Shown: positions 41,571 to 51,652 of the stretch, in pieces
Layout: each line of letters begins with the position of its first letter
Numbering within the stretch: position 1 is the first letter of the stretch
Virus record (IMG/VR): IMGVR_UViG_3300021978_000001
Location: 160,001 to 224,000 of that record
Reading direction: 5' to 3' (one strand)
Source of the DNA: a virus
Lineage: Duplodnaviria > Caudoviricetes
Length of the DNA: 64,000 nucleotides
Made by a program: the position numbers and the translations under genes
The notes under the pieces: generated by a model
Databases searched by the model: none
What the model saw: only the letters and a program-made list of their open reading frames with translations
What the model was told of the DNA's origin: nothing

Positions 41571-41635
41571 AACTACTCCGCTGGTCCCGGGGAGGGGTCC
41601 TCATGCGTAGCATGCTTTACGATAAAGTGTCAAAG

Positions 41636-41670
41636 AAAAACCCCTTGGCCAGGAAGCCAAGGGGTTTTTT
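41636..41670 (-). terminator. intrinsic terminator after the sheath gene (symmetric)
   Basis: AAAAACCCCTTGGC-N6-GCCAAGGGGTTTTTT. Confidence 0.88.
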
Positions 41671-41690
41671 AAGGAGCTACCGAGGAACGC

Positions 41691-44600
41691 TTATGCGATT
41701 CCGTTCGCCGTGATCGTGAAGGTCACCTGGATGTACTTCAGCGGGAAGACCGGCTGATAGAACGCAACCACGCGAAGCAAGGTCGGGTCGTTCGCGTCTG
41801 GCGTCGCAGAGACTCCAGTGAACGCGTTGATGATGTTCTGCTCCACGAGCGTGTTGAGCAAGCCCGAAAGCGTCTGCTCGACATCCTGCGCGCGCGACAC
41901 CAGGAACTTGGTACCGATGTAGCGTTCGAGCGCTGCGCGCGTCTGCTGCTGAACGAAATCCTGGATCGCCACGATGGAAGGAATGCGCGTGAAGACCGAC
42001 GAAGGATCGGTCGTCACACCATCACGAACACGGAGCGAGAGCCCCACATTCTCCAGGACAAGCACCCCATCGACCGCGAGCGCGTTCTTGGTTGGCTCGT
42101 CGAGCTGACGGTTGATGCGCGTGAAGCCTACAAGCGTGCGACGCGTGACAGGTTGTGCGACATCGAACTGAGGGTTCGCGAGCACACCTGCCATGGCCGC
42201 TGCCAGGTAAGTCCCATCGACCACCGACTGCACCTCACCTCCCTGCCCATCCGGGAGAGAAACGATAGCGCTATCAGGGTACAGCAAGAGCGCACGTGCC
42301 GAGTTCAAGCTACGCGCGAGGGCGCGAGCATCTTCAGGACGCGTGCCAGAAGCCACACCGAAGATGCAGCGACGTTCTTGCTTGTAGCGTGGGCTCGCCT
42401 GTACTGCTGCGTGATTCACGTATGCCGCCATCACCGTGGGGTCAGACGTCAAGGGTACCAGCAGATCAGGGCGAACACCACCCGTCAAGGGCTGTCCGAG
42501 TTCCGTGAGCGCCGAGATGTACGACGTGCTCGTAGCCTGACCCAAGCCAGTCGCGCGAGGCACCTGCTTGAGACCGAGGACCACCGCGCCGTTGAGGATG
42601 GCGAAGTAAGCTGCCAATGTCAGCGGATTCTCGGGCGAAAGATCACCATACGCTGCCTGAATCGCCGCGAACGACGTGAACAGTTGCGTGGAGAAGTCCG
42701 TCTTGTTGTAGTCGTAGGTGATGTAGTAGAAGTCACCGTTCGCAGGCTCCTGGCCCGAAGAGTTGAACGTGGTGACCGTTGCCGTATCACCGATGCCAAC
42801 ATCTTCTGTGCTGGTTACCACGAGTTCGGCACCGCCCACTGCCTTGACCACGCGGCTGACCGAGGTCTCGAAGACATTGGAGACCACGAGCGTGAACGAC
42901 TCGCCCACAGGGTAGTTCCCTCCTGCCTCTTCCAGCAAGGTGAAGGTCAAGCCCGTCGTATCATCGACATAGGTCTGACCCACGACACCCGAACCCGAAG
43001 ACCCAGAGGCCGCGCTCGACGTGACATCGAAGCCATCCGTCGCAGCAACACCCGAAGCAGAATCCGCTGCCTCGAAGCCAATCCCGGTATCGTTGAGCAC
43101 CGTATCCGCGCCCGTCCCGATGGTGAACGAGGTCGTCGCTCCCGTCGAGAACGTTTCCAGGCGAAGATAGTCTCCCTCACCCTGTACCGTGAACACGGAC
43201 GCGAATGCATCCGCGATAAACTCGGTCCCGGAAACAGGAGCAGTCCAATCCGCAGCGGTCGCGTTGAGCACCGCCACGATCTCTTCCGTCTCCACACGAC
43301 GCTGTGCCGCCGCATCCCCGAGCGTGAAGCCTACGAACTCGTTGGCCGTTCCCGCGCCGATCGCAATCGAGGAGTTGTTGGTGATCGTTGCCGACGTGAT
43401 GCGGATGGTATCATCCACATCGATCACGGTTGCCGTGGCACCGAGTGCAGTGTCAATCACCGTAGCGATGTCAGCAACACTGGCCACACCACCGAAGCCC
43501 GTGATCGTGGATTCGACACCATCAATCGAGACGATGAACGAAGCCCCCGTCAAAGCAGCAAGCTGTGTGATGTCAGTCGCGCTGATCGGATCACTCAGTA
43601 GCGTCGCAGCCTTGTTAACCGCAGCTTCCGTACCTGCTGCCGAAGCAAAATCATCGAAACCGAGCGTGGCGTTGGCATTCCCATCAAGGACGCGGATCAA
43701 CGAAGGCTCGTCCGGGCCACCTGGGGTGACCTTGGAGCGCAAGAGGATACGATCCTTGTCCGCACCACCATCACGAGCTTGCGCCACGAGGATGTTGGTC
43801 ACCAGGTCGTTATCCGTAAACCCAAGCGTCGCGTTGGCGTTGCCTGTACCGATTTCGAGCGTCATGGAAGCGTCGATCTTGATCGCACCTCCCACGACCG
43901 TGACATTGACATCGTTACCAGCAACCGCCGTGTCACCCACAGTCAACCCCGCGAGCCCCAAGGCTGTCGTGATGTCCGTGAGCACATCGTTTGCTGTCTG
44001 TGCAGCACCCGCAGTGAGCGTCACGTTCACGAGCGTACCGTTAACCGTGAGGTCGAAGGCATCATTGGTCGCGCCCACGATGTTGAACGGCTCGACCTGG
44101 GTACCCGTCAAGGTCGCGGTCGTCGGTACTGCGCGCCAGATGGCTTCAACAATATCAGCCAACGAAACGGCTGCACCAGTGGGGAGCGTTGCCGAGTAGG
44201 CGGTACCATCCACCTCGAAATCGAAGGTGTCGTTCGTCGCAGCGACGATGTTGAAGGTCGCGCCATCATCGAAAGCATCCGACACCAGAACACCGAAGGC
44301 AGCCTGGTTGAGATCCACCGTGAGGTCCGAGCCGTTGACGTTGATGTACAACGTATCCGACGCAGCAGGGTAGATGTCGTAAGTGCCTGGCAAGTTGTTC
44401 GTCAGGACCGCAGGCAGTGCTTCGTTATCCGTGAAGGTCACGGTCACGGTTTCATTGACACCGCTGGTCCCCGAGATGAACGCATCTGGGTTGGTCTCAC
44501 TCCCCGAAGGGAAGTTGGCCGTGAAGGTCCCTGCGGATTTGGTCCCGAACTGCACACCGTAGAGCTGCGCTCCGAGAAGCGAGCTACGCACCGTGTACTG

Positions 44601-46250
44601 TCCAGGCGTCGAAGGCGTGGACTGCGTGTTCACCTGCAAGGTGATCGTATCATCCTGCAAGCGCGAGTAGTAGTACGTCGCCCACACGTTGTGATCTGGA
44701 GGGATAGGATCACTCACCGTCACGCGTCGCGTGGTGGGGTCCACGTTCACGACCGTGCGCGCTCCCTCTGCAATCGCTTCCTGGAGCGTCACGCCATGGT
44801 AGATCTGCACGAGATCAGGGCGCGATGTAGGAAGCCCGCTGCGATCGTTATTCACCTGATCGAAGAGGTCCGCGTCGAGAGGCGTCGAACGCCCGTTACC
44901 CGTCGTGGGGACCTTATCGAGTACAACAGTGAAGTCCGAAATCTGCGCAGGAGAAACGCTGCGGTCCACGAAACGTGTCGCGGCTTCCAGATACACACGG
45001 TTATCCACCAGGGTAGCCGTGATCTGGGAATCATCAAAGAACTCGGTCCCGGTGGTGTGCACGCCGGAAGCCACAGTCACCGCCGCACCCCAGAGGATGC
45101 GACCCGACGTGTCCAAGACGTAATCCACGCCCTGGATGTAATCGCGACGTCCAGGGCTAATGCCCACGCGCAGCACCGTCCTCACATCCGTATCAGGGAG
45201 CGTGTCAAACGTATCCTGGAAGTTGTTGAAGAAGTACGTGATCTCGACCACAGAACCCACTTCAGGGGCTTGTGCGAGCGTCACCGCACCATTGGCACCA
45301 TCCACCGCGAGCACATCGACAGCAACATCATCCACGAGCACCGTCACGTCCGTGGGGTTGGTGGAGGTGATGCCTCCGTTGTCCCCAGTTACGATCGGTG
45401 CCTGGTAGGTGTAGAAGAGCGTGTTACGTGTCGTGGATTGACCCGAAAGGAATCCAAGCGTGGCGTTCGAGGTGCCTTGACCGAGCACGAGCGAACCCTG
45501 CGAAGAGAGCTGCACGCGATTGTTCCCCTGGTTGTCAGCATCCACAGTCGCAGTCAAACCCGTGATCAGAGCGCTGTTGATGTCCAGGACAATCTGAGCT
45601 GCCGTGCGCGTCCCCGAGGTCAGCGTCACGGTAGTCTGTGCGCCACCATTCACCGAAACGATGAAGGTATCGTTGACGCCCGCAGTGATCGTGTAAGGCC
45701 CAACCTGAGCACCCTTGAGTACCGCTGCGTCCGAAGACACCTGCGACGATACATCATCCGTGGTCTGGGTGTCCGTGCGGTTGAAAAAGTACGTGACACG
45801 CACATCCGCGCCCGCCGCAGGGGGAAGCTGCAACGTCACGATACCCAACTCACCATTCACCGCCGCAGGGCTCACGAGTTCGCCATCCACAGTCACCGAG
45901 ATGTCCTGGGGATCGTTCGTGGTCACACCACGTCCATCGCCTGCAACGATGGGATAGTTCACCACGCGAAAACGAGCTTCGGCGCCGGTAGAGTCTCCCA
46001 GGATGGGTGCATCCGGGTTCGTGTTATCGACCACGAAACGGCCCGCAGCCGATTCGTTGACGATCTGTTGATCTGCTGAAGCAGAAGACCCGCGAACCAG
46101 CTCGAAGTCTGTACGTCGAAGGGTCTCTGCACCCACGCCGATAAGAACAGGAACACGAGCGCCAACAGGAGGCCCCGAGGCATCTTGTTGTACTCGCGTT
46201 TCAGTTACTACGCCGGGAGACGAATAGCTATCGAAAGGTCCACTGGCCAC
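41691..46250 (-). CDS. contractile tail sheath protein with large insertions
   Basis: N-terminal YSSPGVVTE; FTSFAAIQAAYG, NPLTLAAYFAILNG, RVRDGVTT, C-terminal FYQPVFPLKYIQVTFT. Confidence 0.9.
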   Translation of the reverse strand: MASGPFDSYSSPGVVTETRVQQDASGPPVGARVPVLIGVGAETLRRTDFELVRGSSASADQQIVNESAAGRFVVDNTNPDAPILGDSTGAEARFRVVNYPIVAGDGRGVTTNDPQDISVTVDGELVSPAAVNGELGIVTLQLPPAAGADVRVTYFFNRTDTQTTDDVSSQVSSDAAVLKGAQVGPYTITAGVNDTFIVSVNGGAQTTVTLTSGTRTAAQIVLDINSALITGLTATVDADNQGNNRVQLSSQGSLVLGQGTSNATLGFLSGQSTTRNTLFYTYQAPIVTGDNGGITSTNPTDVTVLVDDVAVDVLAVDGANGAVTLAQAPEVGSVVEITYFFNNFQDTFDTLPDTDVRTVLRVGISPGRRDYIQGVDYVLDTSGRILWGAAVTVASGVHTTGTEFFDDSQITATLVDNRVYLEAATRFVDRSVSPAQISDFTVVLDKVPTTGNGRSTPLDADLFDQVNNDRSGLPTSRPDLVQIYHGVTLQEAIAEGARTVVNVDPTTRRVTVSDPIPPDHNVWATYYYSRLQDDTITLQVNTQSTPSTPGQYTVRSSLLGAQLYGVQFGTKSAGTFTANFPSGSETNPDAFISGTSGVNETVTVTFTDNEALPAVLTNNLPGTYDIYPAASDTLYINVNGSDLTVDLNQAAFGVLVSDAFDDGATFNIVAATNDTFDFEVDGTAYSATLPTGAAVSLADIVEAIWRAVPTTATLTGTQVEPFNIVGATNDAFDLTVNGTLVNVTLTAGAAQTANDVLTDITTALGLAGLTVGDTAVAGNDVNVTVVGGAIKIDASMTLEIGTGNANATLGFTDNDLVTNILVAQARDGGADKDRILLRSKVTPGGPDEPSLIRVLDGNANATLGFDDFASAAGTEAAVNKAATLLSDPISATDITQLAALTGASFIVSIDGVESTITGFGGVASVADIATVIDTALGATATVIDVDDTIRITSATITNNSSIAIGAGTANEFVGFTLGDAAAQRRVETEEIVAVLNATAADWTAPVSGTEFIADAFASVFTVQGEGDYLRLETFSTGATTSFTIGTGADTVLNDTGIGFEAADSASGVAATDGFDVTSSAASGSSGSGVVGQTYVDDTTGLTFTLLEEAGGNYPVGESFTLVVSNVFETSVSRVVKAVGGAELVVTSTEDVGIGDTATVTTFNSSGQEPANGDFYYITYDYNKTDFSTQLFTSFAAIQAAYGDLSPENPLTLAAYFAILNGAVVLGLKQVPRATGLGQATSTSYISALTELGQPLTGGVRPDLLVPLTSDPTVMAAYVNHAAVQASPRYKQERRCIFGVASGTRPEDARALARSLNSARALLLYPDSAIVSLPDGQGGEVQSVVDGTYLAAAMAGVLANPQFDVAQPVTRRTLVGFTRINRQLDEPTKNALAVDGVLVLENVGLSLRVRDGVTTDPSSVFTRIPSIVAIQDFVQQQTRAALERYIGTKFLVSRAQDVEQTLSGLLNTLVEQNIINAFTGVSATPDANDPTLLRVVAFYQPVFPLKYIQVTFTITANGIA

Positions 46251-46305
46251 GACAACCTCATTGGTGAATAGGGGCGGTAAGCGCTCTTTGCCATCGCCCT
46301 CGGAA

Positions 46306-46318
46306 TATCAATAGATTA
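46306..46318 (-). promoter_or_regulatory. candidate late promoter
   Basis: TAATCTATTGATA about 55 nt upstream of the sheath start. Confidence 0.4.
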
Positions 46319-46771
46319 TGATGAATCACCCTCATCGTGCAGGCCAATACCCTTGGCTTCACGTATTTTACGGTGATCATGCAATGCTTTCTGGTAACCG
46401 TTATGCAATACCTTGAAACGATCCACTTCCTCGGGAGCCATGGGGACATAATCCCCACCCTCTACCTTGACAGGAACCTTGCCCACGCCACCTGCGTCCC
46501 GCTGGACTTCACGTTTGCGCGCGAAACGATCCTTATAATACTCCCAGTTGGCCGCAGCGTCGCGACCGATGCGCTTGTCGATGTCCGTATCAAGACTGTA
46601 CACACCTGTGTTCCCAGGCACCTTCCCATCACCGAAAGCGAACCCGAAGTCCGACAGGACACGCTCCGCTTGAGCCTGACAAGATGGGCAGGCCATCGCG
46701 TCCGGCTTACCTGAGCGAACCATGCGCTCGAACTTTACACCACACGTACACTGAAACTCATAGATGGGCAT
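46316..46771 (-). CDS. FmdB-type zinc-ribbon protein
   Basis: MPIYEFQCTCG...CPSC. Confidence 0.82.
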   Translation of the reverse strand: MPIYEFQCTCGVKFERMVRSGKPDAMACPSCQAQAERVLSDFGFAFGDGKVPGNTGVYSLDTDIDKRIGRDAAANWEYYKDRFARKREVQRDAGGVGKVPVKVEGGDYVPMAPEEVDRFKVLHNGYQKALHDHRKIREAKGIGLHDEGDSS

Positions 46772-46827
46772 CCTTTACCTCCATACGTCTGGGATTGCTC
46801 CCTACACTACAACAGAACACAAACCCA

Positions 46828-48606
46828 TCACCGGATGCGCTCGAAATCCCCTGCGGCGCGAAGTACCGTGTTGGGAAGCTCTGCGAGCGCGACAACACCA
46901 TCAGGGCGCTGATCGAGATCCTGATCATCAGCCCACCGCGCCTCTTGATCGAATGACGAGGGTGAGACGCGACGAATGATGAGGGGACGCTCGATATACA
47001 GCTCCCAATCCGCCTTCATGGAGAGCGAGAGGTTGGCCAGGTAGTAATAGTCATCCCCCACTTCATCGTAGGGCTCCTCGCTCTCACCTCCCATGGATAC
47101 CTGCTCGATGGCCAGGCCCTCTTCTGCAAGACGCTCGCGCCACCACTGGAAGAAAAAGAGCGTGACCAGATCTGCCATCTCGGAACGCGTCATGGCATCA
47201 CGAGCGATGATGTCAATGTCCAGACTCACATCTGCCTTTCCGCCATACACATCCGCGACCACCTCACGCTCGGCAGTCACGATCACCGCGCCGATGTCCC
47301 CATCCTTGAGGGATTGCCCGAAGGCCAGGATGGCGCCTGGGATAGCTTCAGCGTTCGCACAGTTTCCATCCGCGATGGGAAACGGACCTCGGGAAGCATC
47401 AGGGTAACGATAATCTGCGAAGATCTCCTCACCAGGATCGAAGGGATGCAAGAAGGTCACTTCACCCGTGGTCTCGTTAATCGAAAAATCACCCGCATCC
47501 ACAGTCCCGACCACCAAGCTGGTCGCCGCCGTTCCCGCCGTGATCTCCGCTGCAATATCAGTCACCGCGCGTTGAGGATAAGGCGTAAGATCGGTCTCGA
47601 CTTCTACGCCATCGACCACCACGCGGAACGTCGCATTCAGGGGCATGGTAGGCTGTGCCATCACGCCCGTGATCGTCACAGGTACGAAGCCCTCCGTAAA
47701 ACCAAAGACCGCATTAGCAGGGCTGGTGATGTCATCAACAAACTCAAGACTCGTCGAGCCTCCGATTTGCAACGCGCCGCCCACATTGGTCAAGGGCGCC
47801 TCGGAGCGTCCAATGTTCGCGAGATCCAACGCAGCACGAAGCTCATCAATCACTTGCTCGACGGTCAATGTGCCAGCGGTGAATACCACCGTCGCGGTTT
47901 TACCATTGATGCGCAGCACGAACTCGTCATCCAAGCCCGCCTGGAACGTGTAATCACCCGGGTTGGGCGCGAGCGCAGATGTAGGCACCTGACCAGTGGG
48001 GAATCCCAAATTCCTGTGCGTCGGAGAACCTCCGATGTAGAGAGACTCATCCGCTGTCAACGTCAAGGCGGTCCCTGTCAACAGCTCGTAGCCTGCTGCA
48101 TTGAACAGACGCAAGGAACGTCCGAGCATGGGTGCATTCAGGAGAAGTGCAGAAGGCTCGTCCCCCGTCACGAACGTGATCAGGGGTTCCTCCTCCACGG
48201 TAAGCAGGGGGTCCACGTAAAACTGAAACTCCTCACACCCGTTGGTAGGATTCACGCCGGTGGATTCGATCTGGAGGTAGTACACCCCCGGCGCCGAAGG
48301 AAAACCGAGGCTGTCTTCGAGCAAACGATCATCCTCACGCACCCACTCGATGAAGCTCCCTTCGTGATCTCCCACGCGCGCGTACATCAGATGCGAATGC
48401 AACGTCCCCATGAAGTTGTCCGCGCTCAGGGAGAGCGGAGAGATAGAGGACCCCTGAATCACGATGCCCTTCTGCGGACGCTCGCGAAACTCGTACTTCT
48501 CACGAATGAATCCTACGACATCCTTGTGCTGCTCGTGCGCGTTGAACGAGTAGCGCAGGACTTCCATCATCCGTTTCTTGACTGCGCGCGTGAATTGATA
48601 ATACAT
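46828..48606 (-). CDS. probable tail completion/terminator protein with inserted domains
   Basis: Position upstream of sheath; conserved-looking termini; insertions resemble sheath inserts. Confidence 0.55.
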   Translation of the reverse strand: MYYQFTRAVKKRMMEVLRYSFNAHEQHKDVVGFIREKYEFRERPQKGIVIQGSSISPLSLSADNFMGTLHSHLMYARVGDHEGSFIEWVREDDRLLEDSLGFPSAPGVYYLQIESTGVNPTNGCEEFQFYVDPLLTVEEEPLITFVTGDEPSALLLNAPMLGRSLRLFNAAGYELLTGTALTLTADESLYIGGSPTHRNLGFPTGQVPTSALAPNPGDYTFQAGLDDEFVLRINGKTATVVFTAGTLTVEQVIDELRAALDLANIGRSEAPLTNVGGALQIGGSTSLEFVDDITSPANAVFGFTEGFVPVTITGVMAQPTMPLNATFRVVVDGVEVETDLTPYPQRAVTDIAAEITAGTAATSLVVGTVDAGDFSINETTGEVTFLHPFDPGEEIFADYRYPDASRGPFPIADGNCANAEAIPGAILAFGQSLKDGDIGAVIVTAEREVVADVYGGKADVSLDIDIIARDAMTRSEMADLVTLFFFQWWRERLAEEGLAIEQVSMGGESEEPYDEVGDDYYYLANLSLSMKADWELYIERPLIIRRVSPSSFDQEARWADDQDLDQRPDGVVALAELPNTVLRAAGDFERIR

Positions 48607-48615
48607 GCGACCCCC

Positions 48616-50091
48616 TTACAGGTTCGTGACCTCGTAAACGCGGGGCTCGTTCTCATCATCATAGCGCACGAGAAGACGATAGCTCGGGTACGTCTTCACC
48701 ATCATGTTGATGCTATGCTTCTTACCATTGCGGTCGGTGAACTCATAGCGACGCCCACCGCTCCTGTACAATGCCTTGAAGTTCAAGATCGCATCCAGGT
48801 CCTTCTTGTAGATGGCCTTGTCTGCGTAGAGCTGGTGCGCGTAGTCGTAGAGCGCCTTATCCTCAGTGACGTCGTTCATAAGCCTGGTGCGCGTGGACGC
48901 TTCCGGGTCCATCTTGGACCAGGTGACGTTCACGGTGCCAGGGTTGCGCTCGATCTCGACCTCGCCATCCTCGAAGTCCCCGACCATGTAGTGCTCCATC
49001 GGGTTCTCGACCACGAGCCAGGACACCGCCTCGCGTACATCGTCTGACAATTCAGATCGAGGATCTTCGAGGACCATGCGCAGGCTATCGAAGACGACCT
49101 CCTTGGGGCGGCTGAAGAATCCGAACGAGGGGTCCCTACGCGAAGGCTTGAAGGTTGCGCGGAAAGAAATCGACTGACCCACGAGATCGTCATCCTCGTT
49201 CGTGCGCCTGTAGACATGCGCGGGCACTGTACCCTCGACCTCGTATACTTTCTTGTTCACATCGAGCGCACGCACGCGCATCTTGACCTGGAGGCCGTAC
49301 TCACCCTGGTGATAAAACACCGAGAGGATCTCACCCCCCTTGATGGATGCATCACCCTCGGGGACTTTACCCTTCTCTTCTGCATCCGCGTCGATTGCGT
49401 TGAAGAACCCGAACTGAGGGTCATTGCGAGAACGCGTGACCTCTGCCTTGAAGTTGACCTTGGTCCCGCGAGAAGGCTTGTTTCCGTGGCGGTCGATAAG
49501 CTCGGGTGACAGGTTCCCGAACAGACGGAACTGCACACCATCCTTGACGACCTCCACGAGCATCGCAGGACCGTTTCTGTTGCTCTTGGTCGAGTAGACC
49601 GTGCCCTCGACATCATACACGCCCTCGACCACGTTACCGAGCACAGGAGCATCATCACTGGTGATAGGTTGTGCGTTGAGTTCAGGGCGCTCGAAGAGGA
49701 GGCGACGAGGTTTAGGAAGTCTGCCATCCTTGCGGAGCTTGGAAGAGGTCCAGGCGACGATCCCAGCGCGGTCGAGCAGGAAGTAGTACACCTTGCCATA
49801 GCCCTTGTTGACAATGGCTATGTGTCGCATCTGCTGGCGGTCATACCCCTTGACCGAACGTGCCCAGGCTTCGGAAGCCTCGGGGTGTTGATTTTCACGC
49901 AAGGCGTAATCGAGCGCGGTCTTGCCCTGCGCAGCAGTGCGGTAGAGACCATCGTTGTACTTGGCGATCGTGAACATCTCACGCGTGAAATCGAACGCCA
50001 ACTTGGTACGCGCCGCGTGAACGTGCTGCACCATACCATGGAGACCAGGAGCCCCCGCCAACTTGTTCAACAACTTCGTGAGATGGTCCAT
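48616..50091 (-). CDS. hypothetical protein with a duplicated beta domain
   Basis: VNFKAEVTRSRNDPQFGFF and ISFRATFKPSRRDPSFGFF. Confidence 0.7.
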   Translation of the reverse strand: MDHLTKLLNKLAGAPGLHGMVQHVHAARTKLAFDFTREMFTIAKYNDGLYRTAAQGKTALDYALRENQHPEASEAWARSVKGYDRQQMRHIAIVNKGYGKVYYFLLDRAGIVAWTSSKLRKDGRLPKPRRLLFERPELNAQPITSDDAPVLGNVVEGVYDVEGTVYSTKSNRNGPAMLVEVVKDGVQFRLFGNLSPELIDRHGNKPSRGTKVNFKAEVTRSRNDPQFGFFNAIDADAEEKGKVPEGDASIKGGEILSVFYHQGEYGLQVKMRVRALDVNKKVYEVEGTVPAHVYRRTNEDDDLVGQSISFRATFKPSRRDPSFGFFSRPKEVVFDSLRMVLEDPRSELSDDVREAVSWLVVENPMEHYMVGDFEDGEVEIERNPGTVNVTWSKMDPEASTRTRLMNDVTEDKALYDYAHQLYADKAIYKKDLDAILNFKALYRSGGRRYEFTDRNGKKHSINMMVKTYPSYRLLVRYDDENEPRVYEVTNL

Positions 50092-50118
50092 TTGTGGGGG
50101 CTCCTGACTATAAGAAGG

Positions 50119-51414
50119 TTAATCTGCCTCGTTACTCGCCTGGAGTAACAGGCCCGTGGCGACCGAGTTCAGTGGCGACTTGGCGCGCCGAATTTCGCTG
50201 ATCTCGAAGGGGAAACGCTTGCGGTACTTCTTATCGAAGATACCAATGAACATTTCTATAAAACCATCAGGGAGACTCGTGCCTCCCGAGACCACGATCG
50301 GGATCGCGTCCTTGATTTTGGTTCCCGCCTGCTTCTCCTTGATGTGCTGAATCACGCTCTTGATAGAGTCGCTGATCAAACGGCGATAGTAGAACACGAG
50401 CGCCTCACGCTTGCGACCTTCCTCATCCGTTCCATAGTCCTTCAAGGAGAGATCGAGACCCTCTTCCTTGAGCACACACATGTTGGCAGCGGTGGTGTTC
50501 TTGAACTGACCCGCCGCAGACGAGTCAATCCAGTCCCCACCCTTGGCGATCGAAAACTCCAGGATAGAGAGACCCTTGTAGGCGAGAGCGACGTTGACCA
50601 TCCCCGAGCCAAAGGAAATGCCAATCCCGGAGAACATATCCGAGGCACACTCCGAGAAGACCACAGCCATCGCTTCGTTCCCCGAGTACGCGATGTATCC
50701 AAGCTCTTCGAGGATGCGCTCGAAGACCGCTTCGTGATAGATCACGTCCTTGTCCGGGCGATCGACCGGGGCAGCAGGGATCGAGTAGAAGCAGATCTCA
50801 TCCTCCTCACGAGGTTCACCCACCACGCTCTCGATCATGATCGAGAGCACTTCGAGCGCGTCGTGCTCATCCGAAGAGATCAACCCCTGGCTCAATGGAC
50901 GGCGCGCTTCCCTGCGAAAGAGCTGGGCATATTCGAGCGCGCCATCTCCGAGTACGAGGATCTTGTCCTCGTACTCGACAAAGGGCACGTCGTTGAGCTG
51001 GAGCTTACTCTTGGCGTCCAGAGGCAGATCCAGGAACGCATCTCGGATCTGGCGCACCTGGGGCTTTCCATCAGCCCCGTAACGCGCCGCGACGATATTC
51101 ATCGTCCCGATGTCCAGCCCCACGCAAGGTTTGCCCTGCGCGCTCTTCTGTGTTTCGGTGGCCTGACCCTCCGAAGGGGATGAACCTGGAGGTACCAATT
51201 TCTTCTGAGACATACTACTTCCTTTTTCTGAGGGAATCTCTTCTGACGAGGCATCACAAGCCTCTCGAAACAATGTGGTCAGTTCCCACGCCCTGAGACG
51301 TGCACGTACCGTAGAGACGCTGCACCCTAACACGGTGGCGATGTGTTGTAAAGTATGACCTTGCTTTACGAGATCAGTCAAGTGTTCTCTGGAGATGTCC
51401 AGTTTACGTGCCAT
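50119..51414 (-). CDS. actin-like (MreB/FtsA/ParM superfamily) ATPase with N-terminal HTH
   Basis: GLDIGTMN (phosphate 1), NEAMA, GISFGSG (phosphate 2), KGGDWID, VSGGTS (adenosine); HTH TLQHIATVLGCSVSTVRARL. Confidence 0.85.
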   Translation of the reverse strand: MARKLDISREHLTDLVKQGHTLQHIATVLGCSVSTVRARLRAWELTTLFREACDASSEEIPSEKGSSMSQKKLVPPGSSPSEGQATETQKSAQGKPCVGLDIGTMNIVAARYGADGKPQVRQIRDAFLDLPLDAKSKLQLNDVPFVEYEDKILVLGDGALEYAQLFRREARRPLSQGLISSDEHDALEVLSIMIESVVGEPREEDEICFYSIPAAPVDRPDKDVIYHEAVFERILEELGYIAYSGNEAMAVVFSECASDMFSGIGISFGSGMVNVALAYKGLSILEFSIAKGGDWIDSSAAGQFKNTTAANMCVLKEEGLDLSLKDYGTDEEGRKREALVFYYRRLISDSIKSVIQHIKEKQAGTKIKDAIPIVVSGGTSLPDGFIEMFIGIFDKKYRKRFPFEISEIRRAKSPLNSVATGLLLQASNEAD

Positions 51415-51430
51415 AATCCTCACCGCGTGC

Positions 51431-51652
51431 TTACCGCGTCTCCTGTGTGTAGTAGAAGGCACCATCACGCCAGATCACCGTACCGTTTTGACTCAACAAC
51501 GTCAAGACAGCCTCAAAGGCTTCAGGGGACTCCTGAGCCCAGGCTTCCACATCAGAGAAGCTAGACGCCTGGCGACGCAAGGGACGCGTCAGATAGCAAT
51601 GCGCCACGCGCGAGGTGAGACGTTGGAGATCATGTCGTGTTCTTCTTGCCAC
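51431..51652 (-). CDS. small protein with RVA-type leader
   Basis: GTG start after AGAGGA; RVAHCYLTRPLRRQAS. Confidence 0.55.
   Translation of the reverse strand: MARRTRHDLQRLTSRVAHCYLTRPLRRQASSFSDVEAWAQESPEAFEAVLTLLSQNGTVIWRDGAFYYTQETR

Noticed and set aside
41691-46250. Sheath as part of a bacterial eCIS or T6SS
   Set aside because: No tss or afp-type gene set nearby; the context is neck genes, tRNAs and phage-type hypotheticals.
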